Source: Eledone cirrhosa (lineage: Eukaryota). Taken from it: DNA of 64,000 bases. Shown here one piece after another: positions 42,530-54,413 of this stretch. The DNA lies in contig OZ024740.1 of assembly GCA_964016885.1 (NCBI GenBank), positions 118,172,001-118,236,000 on the forward strand. Direction: 5' to 3'. Below the pieces are notes generated by a model. The model was not told the DNA's origin, did not search any database, and worked only from the letters and a program-made list of their open reading frames with translations. Numbering within the stretch: position 1 is the first letter of the stretch; the number at the start of each line of letters is the position of its first letter. The position numbers were made by a program, and so were the translations under genes.

Positions 42530-43020
42530 GTAGAGTATGAATCAAGGCATGACAGAGTTGGCCAATATCTATACTGGTTAACATGTCAGCATTATAAAAT
42601 CAAAACTGCTGACAAGTGGTATAAGCATCACCCTGAGTTTGTGACTGAGGAAGAAAATGTAATGATTCTTTTGGAATTTCCTGTATATACAGACAGAACC
42701 ATCAAAGTTAATAAACTGGATATTATTGTAAAGTAACCAAAATGACAAAGTCTGTTTATTGATTGATAAAAGCATCCCATGGGATCGCAATATTGTGGCA
42801 AAAGAATTTGACAAGCTCAGAAAATAAAAAGATTTGGTAAATGAAATTGAAAAATGTGACATCTCAAAGTGATTACAATAACTGTTTGTAGGAGCACAAA
42901 AAAGGATCAAACAGGGACAGGAAATTATTTGAGAGTGATCCCTGTCTTACCATCATTGCAGCAAAGGCAAATAATTTAATTTTCTTGACACAGGTATTGA
43001 AAAGAACACTATTATTGTGA
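42530..43020 (+). pseudogene. R4/Dong-like non-LTR element, restriction-like endonuclease C-terminus
   Basis: EYESRHDRVGQYLYWLTC..WYKHHP..ENVMILL..TDRTIKVNKLDII..CLLID..PWDRNIVAKEFDK matches the RHD, PD-(D/E)xK and KExxK pattern of RLE elements. Confidence 0.8.
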
Positions 43021-43164
43021 GATTACAAATCTATGTAATTTTTTTACATAAATGTATTTGATTATATTCCATAATTATGTAAGTTATTATATTATATTAT
43101 ATAATTATATTCCATAAATATGATTCAATATCATTCTGATTTAAATATGATTTGAAATAGATAA

Positions 43165-43980
43165 ATTGATGCAGTTCAGATTTGTGTCAGGTTAAAGTAC
43201 CATGGATAACTTCTTCCTTTGTGAGGCATAACTAGCAAAAAGTAACCCTCTCTACTTGGCATTTATTGGCTCAGAGAAAACTTTTGACAGAGTTCCCCAC
43301 TCAGCAATTTGGTGGGCACATAGGAAACTAGGCATAAGAGGGATCAAATGCTGTGTGCAGGAGAGATTACAATGGTATGGACATGTGATGTGTATGAGGA
43401 TTAACAGCTGCATAAAAAAGTGCAGACCACTCAGAGTCAATGGAAGCCTTGCAGTGAGGACACCCAGGAAGATTGGGATGAGGTGATAAAAGCTGACCTT
43501 GCCTAATTGCACCTCAAAGACTTTACACATTAATACAGAAGACCTGGCTTCCCATGGGCACAGGCCAAAGCTGAAGCATATATAGATTATGCCCCACCCC
43601 ACTCTCCCATACATCCTTTATGAGGACAGGCAAAAGTATGCATCCAATGTAGATCTCAACCCACACTGTAAAGTGGTCGTGATGGTGACAAGGCAAAAAA
43701 GGCCCAGCCCACACTGTGAAGTGGTCATGTAGGTGTCATGAAAAAAGTACCGTCCACACTGTAAAGTAATCATGTAGGTGTCGCAACAAAAAGCACCCAG
43801 TGCTCACTGTAAATGAGGTTTGCATTAGGAAGGGCATCCAGCTGTAGAAAGCAAGCCAAAATCAGTTCTGTATGAGCAAAACATGATCACCTGACCTAGC
43901 ACTGCCCACAACAGGACAACTCGTCTAATCCATGCTAACGTGGAAGAATGGATGTAAAACAGTGATGATGATATGGTGAT
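43165..43980 (+). mobile_element. RTE LINE fragment (RT piece fused to ORF2 C-terminus and 3' UTR)
   Basis: LYLAFIGSEKTFDRVPHSAIWWAHRKLG is joined directly to IRGIKCCVQERLQWYGHV. Confidence 0.8.
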
Positions 43981-44261
43981 GAACCTAAAGGGCTGTAACT
44001 CTATGCCATGAAGCATTTTTTCGATGCTCTAACAATACAGCCAAAATAATAATAATAATAATAATAATAATTGTTTCTACGTTAGGCACAAGTCAAGATT
44101 AAGGGATATATCCAAGAAGTTAGCTAGTTTGACGTTGTTATCAAATTGAATTTTAAGGATATTTTTCCCAATCTCATACATCAATCTTAATTTATTTTTC
44201 ATATGTTGATTTAAAACTTCACTATTCACAAGTGTTTTTTAAGCTTCATATCATGTCTCCC

Positions 44262-44332
44262 TATTTTATCTGATGAGAACGCAGATATCATCCCATGATG
44301 ATATTTGTTTTTGAAATGCGCATAATAAAATA
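44262..44332 (+). ncRNA. Minimal hammerhead ribozyme with long stem II (separate family)
   Basis: tattttat-CTGATGA-gaacgcagatatcatc-ccat-gatgatatttgttttt-GAAA-TGCGCA-TA-ataaaata. 8-bp stem I and palindromic stem III. Confidence 0.85.
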
Positions 44333-44453
44333 CTTGGAACTCTTTTAACCATCTTTTGATCTTACGTTATTTATACTCCAGTCCTACAAACTGTAGAGTG
44401 CTACTTATCCGATATTTGCATGCTTTATTGTGCTACAATAAAACTCACCTCCT

Positions 44454-44497
<44 letters not shown>

Positions 44498-44500
<3 letters not shown>

Positions 44501-44915
44501 AAAGTTCTATTTAAATTTTTGGGATACAACAAGCAAATATTTTTATAACTTATAAAAAGCACTCGACAAGTATTTGGAGTAAATATACGATATTAACAAA
44601 TGGAAACTATATTTATAAAACCATATCTATTTTATTATACATATTTCAATTATGGTATGCTTTCATCAGACAAAATACAATATATACCAGTTTTATAAAT
44701 AAATATTGACGTACCCTTTGTCTTCCAAAAGTATCCCTGATGTCTTCCAAGAGTAACGGTTGCATTTTGAAAGGGTATGTCAATATTTATTTATAAAACT
44801 GGTATATATTGTATTTTGTCTGATGAAAGCATACCATAATTTAACATGGTATCCTTGAAATATGTATAATAAAATAGATATGGTTTTATAAATATAGTTT
44901 CCATTTGTTAATATC

Positions 44916-44918
<3 letters not shown>
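44498..44918. mobile_element. PLE pLTR fold-back, family A, with HHR at 44812-44876
   Basis: Arms at about 44585-44718 and 44771-44918. Long tail on the left. (TA)n flanks. CTGATGA at 44820. Confidence 0.85.
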
Positions 44919-44951
<33 letters not shown>

Positions 44952-45756
44952 TTATTTATTCTTTTATTTATTTATTTATTTATTGTGAAGCTGCATGGTT
45001 AAGTAATTAGGGAGTTCAGTTCGTGATTGTAAGTTCATGAGTTTGATTCCCAGTGACTTGTATGCCCTTGAGCTGGAAACCTTAATTTAGTTTGCTTCAG
45101 TTCACTTAGCTTGCAAACATGTGTCTGTGGCTGTAATTTAAATGGTCAGTCTTGTCACACACTGTGTCAAGTTTGATCTCCTTGAAAACTATATCATGGG
45201 TACTTGTATCTGTGGAATAATCAGCCATTTGCACATGCTAATTTCAGATATTAAACATTAGCAAGAATGCTCATATTTATTACACTGCTAACAGTCAAAC
45301 ATGTCTTGCATTTTACTAGGGTAAAAAAAATAAAGTCCTCTTTTCTTAAATGTGTGGATTTGTGCCTAAATTAGAAACCATTATTTGGCAGTCTCAGTAG
45401 AGGGTCGGACGCCATGCTTTGCAGCATAGAGTTACGGCCCTTTATGGTCTGAGTTCAAACCCCGCCGAGGTTAACTTTGCCTTTCATCCTTACGGGGTAA
45501 TTGCTGGCCTTGTGCCAAAAGTAGAAACAATTATTATTGTTATTATTTGAACATTTCTTTGAATTCTGCTTCATTCCCATATGCTGCAAAGTGTCAACTT
45601 GACACCTGAGGCAAAATTTGGGAATACAGACATCTTACACTTTAGAATCAATTGTCATACAAATGATGCCATTAGAGCATAAACAACAGTAAAAGCCACT
45701 GGAAGGAATTTTAATTGATAATGCTTATTATTATTATTATTTTTATTATTATTATT

Positions 45757-45945
45757 GCGGCGGTGGATTGGCAGTATTGGTAGAGGGTCGGACGCCATGC
45801 TTTGACGCAAAGAGTTACGGCCCTTGCCATACTGAGTTCAAATCCCGCCGAGGTTAACTTTGCCTTTCATCCTTACGGGGTCGATAAAATAAAGTACCAG
45901 TAATACACTGGTAATTTGATGGCCTTGTGCCTAACGTAGAAACTA
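45757..45945 (+). mobile_element. S1 SINE (further copies at about 45385-45530 and 47188-47320)
   Basis: Full S1 within an (ATT)n tract. Confidence 0.85.
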
Positions 45946-46029
45946 TTATTATTATTATTATTATTTTGGCTGTATTGTTAGAGCATCGAAAAAATGCTTC
46001 ATGTCATAGAGTTACAGCCCTTTAGGCTC

Positions 46030-47185
46030 ATCATCATATCATCATCACTGTTTTACATCCATTCTTCCACGTTAGCATGGATTAGACGAGTTGTCCTGTT
46101 GTGGGCAGTGCTAAGTCAGTTGATCATGTTTTGCTCATACAGAACTGATTTTGGCTTGCTTTCTACAGCTGGATGCCCTTCCTAATGCAAACCTCATTTA
46201 CAGTAAGCACTGGGTGCTTTTTGTTGCGACACCTACATGATTACTTTACAGTGTGGACGGTACTTTTTATCATCACACCTACATGATCACCTCAGAGTGT
46301 GGGCAGGGTGTTTTTTGCCTTGTCACCATCACGACCAGTTTACAGTGTGGGTTGGGATCTACATTGGATGTATATTTTTGCCTGTCCTCATAAAGGATGT
46401 ATGGGAGAGTGGGGTGGGGCATAATCTATATATGCTTCAGCTTTGGCCTGTGCCCATGGGAAGCCAGGTCTTCTGTATTAATGTGTAAAGCCTTTGAGGT
46501 GCAATTAGGCAAGGTCAGCTTTTATCACCTCATCCCAAATCTTCCTGGGTGTCCTCACTGCAAGGCTTCCATTGACTCTGAGTGGCCTGCACTTTTTTAT
46601 GCAGCTGTCAATCCTCATACACATCACATGCCCATACCATTGTAATCTCCTCTCCTGCACACAGCATTTGATCCCTCTTATGCCTAGTTTCTCTCTCAGT
46701 TTGTTTATGATTTGCCATTCATGTATATTACTATTAAATATCCATCGAAGCATACATGCTTCATTTCTTTCCAATCTACACAAGTCTTCTGCACAGGTCA
46801 CCCAGGTAACAGAAACTTTCAATTATTTCTATGGATCCATTTAAGAATTTGATAGAGCTTGTTTCCTGTGAGCTTTGCTGCTTACTGCTCCTGTGCAATG
46901 CCTACATGTAAAACCAACATTCATTGCTGGCCTTCCTTAGATCCCTCTACATATCCGGTGTACCCACAGTTTGCGTTTATGGGAGGATGAAATTTCTATC
47001 AACATATTTCCTACACACTGACCAATACCATTTCACAGCAGGGATCAGCGTCTTCTTTTCCTTACTACTTACTAGAACTTTGGTATTTTCCAAGTTGACT
47101 TTAAGACATTATACATTCCAGGTTATGCTTCCAGGTCAGCAATTTTTCTTTAGTTCTGCTATAGATTATATCTATGAAGGTTAGA
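46030..47185 (-). mobile_element. RTE LINE 3' portion
   Basis: ORF 46505-46822 RLERNEACMLRWI..LREKLGIRGI..RRLQWYGHVM is a typical RTE ORF2 C-terminus. Confidence 0.8.
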
Positions 47186-47354
47186 TCATGGCCCTTGCCA
47201 TTCTGAGTTCAAATCCCGCCTAGGTTAACTTTGCCTTTCATCCTTACGGGGTCGATAAAATAAAGTATCAGTAATGCACTGGGATAATTGCTGGCCTTGT
47301 GCCAAAAGTAGAAACAATTATATATATATATATATATATATAGGAACCAGTAAG

Positions 47355-47448
47355 ACCCCGACGGCTGACCTCAAGCCGTTTCGACGGCTAATTCTGGACT
47401 AAATGAAAATTTATCCTGGTATTTAAATAGCCGAGCTTCTCAAGGGGT
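47355..47448 (-). ncRNA. Variant hammerhead ribozyme (U3-A8 core) in the 3' pLTR
   Basis: ACCCC-UUGAGAA-GcuCGGCUA...UAGCCGuC-GAA-ACGGCU-ugagguc-AGCCGU-C-GGGGU. All three stems pair and the triplet is GUC. Confidence 0.7.
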
Positions 47449-48566
47449 AATTCCATATATGGTCAAAGTGATTGTCAAAAGTTAGTAGTAATTTTGTGAT
47501 GGCAAATTAGTAGGGGAGATGGTGGCTAAACCTGCCAGTAGGAGAAAAGGGGGAGGGGTGGAGTAGACCCAATCATGCGTTGGTAGTGCCGGCTACAGCT
47601 GGGCATGAGGTCAAGGAAGATACTGGGAGGGGGAGGGGGAGTCGAAACGGCAGGTAGAACAATGAGGGGTAAAAATATATATATGAAAGAAAAAATACTG
47701 AGAGTGATGAAAAGCGAATAAGTGTAAAGAAAAAGGAATATATAAGCAAGTTCTACGACCTAAGTCTCTAGCTATTGTTAGGCTAGATAAATAAAAAAAG
47801 AATGAAAGAAAGAAAGAAAGAAAGAAATAACGAAATAAGTAAATAAACTAGGTGGGACGGAATAGGAAAGGACCCTTTTAAAAGGTATAAGTACGTAAAT
47901 CATACGGTGACGGGTCAACAAATGGGGCCAAAGTACTAAAGACACTACCACGAAATAAATAATAAAGGTTTCTACCCCGGGCACAAGGCCAGCAACCAAC
48001 CAGTGCAGAAAAGTGAACTAGTACGAGATAATAATTCTGAGTCCCAAAAAAAATATACTAATGCTAACTCTAAAGGTATCGCCACGCTACAAAAGTTCTT
48101 ATACAAGCTACATGAAAAGTTCGTACGAAGTAAAGGTAGAATACGGAAAAATAAATTCAGAATCCACCCCGCCCAAAAGAAAAGAGAAGAAAGAAATACT
48201 GAAACGAGAAATTAAGGCATAAGTGCCACTAAGAAATATAGAAGGCACGGAAAAAAGGAGGAGCGGTCGGAAAAGGGGGCAAGTATCCGAGGTCTAACAC
48301 AACTGCTATAAAAAGCGGAGTCCGCCAAATCTATCATAGACTAGGGGAGGGGGTGCTGAGGCTACAAGGGGCCAAGGAGCAGCCTCGGGTGGGCGAGAAA
48401 AAGATGCCGACAAAGAAGAAGAACTGGGGTAGAAGGACTAAGGAGAGATGGGGGGTAGAAGGGAATAAAGGAAGCGATAAAAGAATAAAAAGAAGATCTT
48501 ACGTCTCCCTTGGCAAGTAGGGGTTACCCATTGCAAAATCGGCAAGTGGGGTGTTATAGCCCTAGT

Positions 48567-50632
48567 CTACCCCCCTCCCGGGTCATTATGGGGTTTGAGA
48601 AGTTTCCTCCGAGCATAAATTGCACGGACGGCGTCCTCCCGTGTAAGAGTTGGCTCTGGACAGTAATCTCCAAGTGAGATCATAGGTGATGTTGTTGTCC
48701 TTGAGGTCCCATATGTGGCCCGAAAGTGTAGTGGCGTGACACCGGGCCGGGTTTCGGAAGGTATGTCTATGTTGGTATAGCCAGGTCTTGAAGTCACATG
48801 CGGTTAGTCCTATATAAGCTTTGTTGGAGGTATCCGTCCTCACGTTGCACTGGTAGATCACATTACGGTCTCTGCATCTATTGTCGAGTGGGCAAATGGA
48901 TCTATCCGGACAGTTGCACCTCCTGGTCGGCTCTCTACTGCTATTTAGGTTATTTCTTCCATCGGGGTTGAGTTTTTTGTTGTTAGAGGAGACGATGTTT
49001 TGTGCGAAGTTTGGTGTAGTGCTGTAAGAGAGTTTGATGGTATTTTTGTTAATTATGTTGTGGTAGCGGTGTTGTAGTGGGAAGTGTTTTTCAATGAGCC
49101 TAAAGAATATTTTCCCGATGGGAGTTGTCACCTCTGCGTTGTGGGGAGGATTGAACCATGTTACATTGCGTGAGCGGCGGTGTCTCCTGCTGGTTCCGCT
49201 AATGAGAGCTGGACAGTAGGATATTTCCTCCCGGAAACCACTCCGCTTGAGGGCCTGGTTGTAATAAGGCGCATGTTCATCGAATATCCGCTCATTAGCT
49301 GACAAACGGGATATGCGGAGGGAGATGTTTTTGACCAGGTTGTTGGTGATGTTCCTAGGATGGTTTGATCGGCGGTGGATGTAGTGCAGGTTGTCATTAG
49401 GTTTCCTGTATGGGTAGTACAGGTCGTTTTCGAGGTCGAGGGTCACGTCCAGGAAGTTTACTCGGGTCGGGGACGTTTGTTGGGTTATTTTAAATCCCCA
49501 ATCGCGGAAGAAGCTGATTAATTGTTACCGGACCCGATCTGTACTACTGGGGTTGTACCCTTTAAGGGTAAGGAGCCCATCATCACGGTACAATCCACCA
49601 CCGAATGCAGGAAACATATCGGTGCATTTGGCTATTAGGAATAATCCTATAAGATCTGTGAGCTACGCCGAATCCGTGGCGCCCATGCTGACGTCGAAGG
49701 GTGAGTCGGGAGCTCTTTTTATCCATTTAGAGTTGTCAAAGAGTAAGACTGTCTTCCTGGCGTGGAGGATGATTTTTCTTTCCTGGTCGGTGATGGGCAC
49801 AAGTGTTTCGGCGAAGTCCAAGGCAGCAGTAATTAGCGGTAAGGTGATTGAAGCATAGTAGCTCTCTATGTCGAACTGTATGAATTTAGTGTCTCGTTTA
49901 TCCTTCATATTGCTGAACCATGAGATTACTTCCTGGGTGTTGATCCATAGGCTAAGTCGGGCGTGTTGCTTGACTTTTGGTATCACGCGGTCTAGGATTT
50001 TTTTGCTGATTCTCCCTATGTCGGACTTCGTTGGGTTAATAAGCCTGATAGAGGGTTTGCGGTCAAAATCGGATTTATGGTCCTTCAGTGTGAAGTATGG
50101 TGTCCGTGGGTCTAGGGGTTCCGTGCGGTCGGCGACCCCGAGGCTGGAGGTAATTTGTTGTCCATCTCGATTTATGTCCTCGATGCATGAGTGGTGGGCC
50201 TTTTTATAGGTGGAGTTTAGGCTGCTCCTGATCAGTGTGTGGTATCTGTCAGGGTTGACAAAGTATAGGTTCCCAGTTTTATCCGAATGCACCATGATGT
50301 CATTGGTGTTATCATACTCTGTTAAGTTGCTACGGAGTTTTTGTAGGAATCGGTTGTGTCTGGGTTTGAATTTAATGTTCTTGACCAGTTGGAAGAGGTC
50401 ATTCTCGAAGGGTGAGAGCAAAGGGTTCGGGGGGGGGGGGATTTGTAGGTAGTAAATCCGAATCTCTCCTTGGTGCCGTGGTCCTGGTTGTCGCACTATC
50501 TGTCATAGAAAAAAGTTCTCCATCTAAGTCTTTTCGCAAATAGATCGATGTTTTGCGTGAGCATCCGAAGGTAAATTTTTTCGGTGGGATTGGGATGTTC
50601 TTGGTAGAGAAGTCGATGTTGTGTTTTCGCAT
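48567..50632 (-). pseudogene. PLE RT plus GIY-YIG endonuclease ORF, disrupted
   Basis: MRKHNIDFSTKNIPIP start; FIQFDIESYY; MGATDSA followed by a premature stop at about 49663; GGGLYRDDGL; CNCPDRSICPLDNRC; NVIY..AYIGLT; CNLCSEE. Several frameshifts. Confidence 0.92.
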
Positions 50633-50817
50633 GGTGCGGGTGAACGAAATTGAGCTTAGCGGAAAAGTCTGGATACGGCGTGGTAGGATCGGAAAGTGCT
50701 CTACTATGGGAATAGGAGCTAGATAACGAAAGAAATGTGGTAAGGAACCAGGTGCACCATAACGCACCAAAGTACTCAATACTTAGGGTAGTAGAGTGGG
50801 TAATAGGAACCAGTAAA

Positions 50818-50911
50818 ACCCCGACGGCTGAGCTCAAGCCGTTTCGACGGCTAATTCTGGACTAAATGAAAATTTATCCTGGTATTTAAATAGCCGAGCT
50901 TCGCAAGGGGT
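50818..50911 (-). ncRNA. Variant hammerhead in the 5' pLTR (core UUGCGAA, probably inactive)
   Basis: Same fold as 47355-47448 with A6 changed to C. Confidence 0.55.
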
Positions 50912-51105
50912 AATTCTATATATGGTCAAAGTGATTGTCAAAAGTTAGTAGTAATTCTGTGATGGCAAATTAGTAGGGGAGAATGTGGCTAAAGCTGCCA
51001 GTAGGAGAAAAAGGGGAGGGGGTGGAGTAGACCTACTCTACTACGCTATGTATTGAGTACTTGGGTGCGTTATGGTCCACCTGGTTCCTTACCACATTTC
51101 CTTCG

Positions 51106-51143
<38 letters not shown>

Positions 51144-51146
<3 letters not shown>

Positions 51147-54100
51147 TATAGACATAGAATATTCGAAAATATTCTGTATGTTTATAATAAACATTTTGAA
51201 GACCTAATCGCTATAGAATAGAATACGTCACGTATTACAATTAGATTCTCGATAAAAGCAAGGGAAGTAAGTCTACGCGTTTCATTCTTGTTAGAATTCA
51301 TCAGGACTACATATCCAGTGCTTTTATCGAGAATGACACAGCTAGAGACTTATAGAATACTTAGCTGTGTACAGGAACTGGTTTGAAAGAGCGGTTGCCG
51401 GTCCGGCAGAAATTAGAAATTGGAATAAATGCTCTGAAATAGCGATATATATGTGAATATAGACATAGAATATTCGAAAATATTCTGTATGTTTATAATA
51501 AACATTTTGAAGACCTAATCGCTATAGAATAGAATACGTCACGTATTACAATTAGATTCTCGATAAAAGCAAGGGAAGTAAGTCTACGCGTTTCATTCTT
51601 GTTAGAATTCATCAGGACTACATATCCAGTGCTTTTATCGAGAATGACACAGCTAGAGACTTATAGAATACTTAGCTGTGTACAGGAACTGGTTTGAAAG
51701 AGCGGTTGCCGGTCCGGCAGAAATTAGAAATTGGAATAAATGCTCTGAAATAGCGATATATATGTGAATATAGACATAGAATATTCGAAAATATTCTGTA
51801 TGTTTATAATAAACATTTTGAAGACCTAATCGCTATAGAATAGAATACGTCACGTATTACAATTAGATTCTCGATAAAAGCAAGGGAAGTAAGTCTACGC
51901 GTTTCATTCTTGTTAGAATTCATCAGGACTACATATCCAGTGCTTTTATCGAGAATGACACAGCTAGAGACTTATAGAATACTTAGCTGTGTACAGGAAC
52001 TGGTTTGAAAGAGCGGTTGCCGGTCCGGCAGAAATTAGAAATTGGAATAAATGCTCTGAAATAGCGATATATATGTGAATATAGACATAGAATATTCGAA
52101 AATATTCTGTATGTTTATAATAAACATTTTGAAGACCTAATCGCTATAGAATAGAATACGTCACGTATTACAATTAGATTCTCGATAAAAGCAAGGGAAG
52201 TAAGTCTACGCGTTTCATTCTTGTTAGAATTCACCAGGACTACATATCCAGTGCTTTTATCGAGAATGACACAGCTAGAGACTTATAGAATACTTAGCTG
52301 TGTACAGGAACTGGTTTGAAAGAGCGGTTGCCGGTCCGGCAGAAATTAGAAATTGGAATAAATGCTCTGAAATAGCGATATATATGTGAATATAGACATA
52401 GAATATTCGAAAATATTCTGTATGTTTATAATAAACATTTTGAAGACCTAATCGCTATAGAATAGAATACGTCACGTATTACAATTAGATTCTCGATAAA
52501 AGCAAGGGAAGTAAGTCTACGCGTTTCATTCTTGTTAGAATTCATCAGGACTACATATCCAGTGCTTTTATCGAGAATGACACAGCTAGAGACTTATAGA
52601 ATACTTAGCTGTGTACAGGAACTGGTTTGAAAGAGCGGTTGCCGGTCCGGCAGAAATTAGAAATTGGAATAAATGCTCTGAAATAGCGATATATATGTGA
52701 ATATAGACATAGAATATTCGAAAATATTCTGTATGTTTATAATAAACATTTTGAAGACCTAATCGCTATAGAATAGAATACGTCACGTATTACAATTAGA
52801 TTCTCGATAAAAGCAAGGGAAGTAAGTCTACGCGTTTCATTCTTGTTAGAATTCATCAGGACTACATATCCAGTGCTTTTATCGAGAATGACACAGCTAG
52901 AGACTTATAGAATACTTAGCTGTGTACAGGAACTGGTTTGAAAGAGCGGTTGCCGGTCCGGCAGAAATTAGAAATTGGAATAAATGCTCTGAAATAGCGA
53001 TATATATGTGAATATAGACATAGAATATTCGAAAATATTCTGTATGTTTATAATAAACATTTTGAAGACCTAATCGCTATAGAATAGAATACGTCACGTA
53101 TTACAATTAGATTCTCGATAAAAGCAAGGGAAGTAAGTCTACGCGTTTCATTCTTGTTAGAATTCATCAGGACTACATATCCAGTGCTTTTATCGAGAAT
53201 GACACAGCTAGAGACTTATAGAATACTTAGCTGTGTACAGGAACTGGTTTGAAAGAGCGGTTGCCGGTCCGGCAGAAATTAGAAATTGGAATAAATGCTC
53301 TGAAATAGCGATATATATGTGAATATAGACATAGAATATTCGAAAATATTCTGTATGTTTATTCTAACAAGAATGAAACGCGTAGACTTACTTCCCTTGC
53401 TTTTATCGAGAATCTAATTGTAATACGTGACGTATTCTATTCTATAGCGATTAGGTCTTCAAAATGTTTATTATAAACATACAGAATATTTTCGAATATT
53501 CTATGTCTATATTCACATATATATCGCTATTTCAGAGCATTTATTCCAATTTCTAATTTCTGCCGGACCGGCAACCGCTCTTTCAAACCAGTTCCTGTAC
53601 ACAGCTAAGTATTCTATAAGTCTCTAGCTGTGTCATTCTCGATAAAAGCACTGGATATGTAGTCCTGATGAATTCTAACAAGAATGAAACGCGTAGACTT
53701 ACTTCCCTTGCTTTTATCGAGAATCTAATTGTAATACGTGACGTATTCTATTCTATAGCGATTAGGTCTTCAAAATGTTTATTATAAACATACAGAATAT
53801 TTTCGAATATTCTATGTCTATATTCACATATATATCGCTATTTCAGAGCATTTATTCCAATTTCTAATTTCTGCCGGACCGGCAACCGCTCTTTCAAACC
53901 AGTTCCTGTACACAGCTAAGTATTCTATAAGTCTCTAGCTGTGTCATTCTCGATAAAAGCACTGGATATGTAGTCCTGATGAATTCTAACAAGAATGAAA
54001 CGCGTAGACTTACTTCCCTTGCTTTTATCGAGAATCTAATTGTAATACGTGACGTATTCTATTCTATAGCGATTAGGTCTTCAAAATGTTTATTATAAAC

Positions 54101-54171
54101 ATACAGAATATTTTCGAATATTCTATGTCTATATTCACATATATATCGCTATTTCAGAGCATTTATTCCAA
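51144..54171. mobile_element. 311-bp HHR-containing tandem array (non-LTR retrozyme-like) with inverted block
   Basis: Units start at 51144, 51455, 51766, 52077, 52388, 52699, 53010 and 53321 (partial). Orientation flips at about 53361, and about 2.6 inverted units run to 54171. (TA)n on both sides. Confidence 0.9.
53659..53702 (+). ncRNA. Minimal hammerhead of the 311-bp unit (representative copy)
   Basis: gtagtc-CTGATGA-attct-aaca-agaat-GAAA-CGCG-TA-gacttac. A second plus-strand copy has CTGATGA at 53976. Seven copies lie on the minus strand in 51144-53320. Confidence 0.9.
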
Positions 54172-54189
54172 TATATATATATATATATA

Positions 54190-54377
54190 AGCAAGGAGGT
54201 GTGGTAAGGAACCAGATGGACCATAACGCACCAGAGTACTTAATACTTAGGGTAGTAGAGTGGGTAATAGGAAAAAGTTTGACCCCGGCGGCAGAGCTCA
54301 CGCCGTTTTGACGGCTTTTCTGGACGTCCAAAAATAGCCGTCGAAACGGCTTGAGCTCTGCCATCGGGGTCAAACTT

Positions 54378-54382
<5 letters not shown>
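54190..54382. mobile_element. Solo pLTR fold-back, family B
   Basis: Same structure as 26460-26652. (TA)n flanks. Confidence 0.85.

Positions 54383-54409
<27 letters not shown>

Positions 54410-54413
<4 letters not shown>

Larger units (their letters stand above)
47341..51108 (-). mobile_element. Near full-length Penelope-like element (probably Hydra clade) with direct pLTRs and an inverted 5' tail
   Basis: Direct repeats at 47341-47569 and 50804-51033. 51034-51108 is the reverse complement of 50724-50797. Internal RT and GIY-YIG. (TA)n at both ends. Confidence 0.92.

Noticed and set aside
51144-54171. CRISPR array or plain satellite DNA
   Set aside because: There are no variable spacers and the context is eukaryotic. 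The conserved HHR, internal hairpins, inverted block and (TA)n flanks fit a retrozyme better than a simple satellite.
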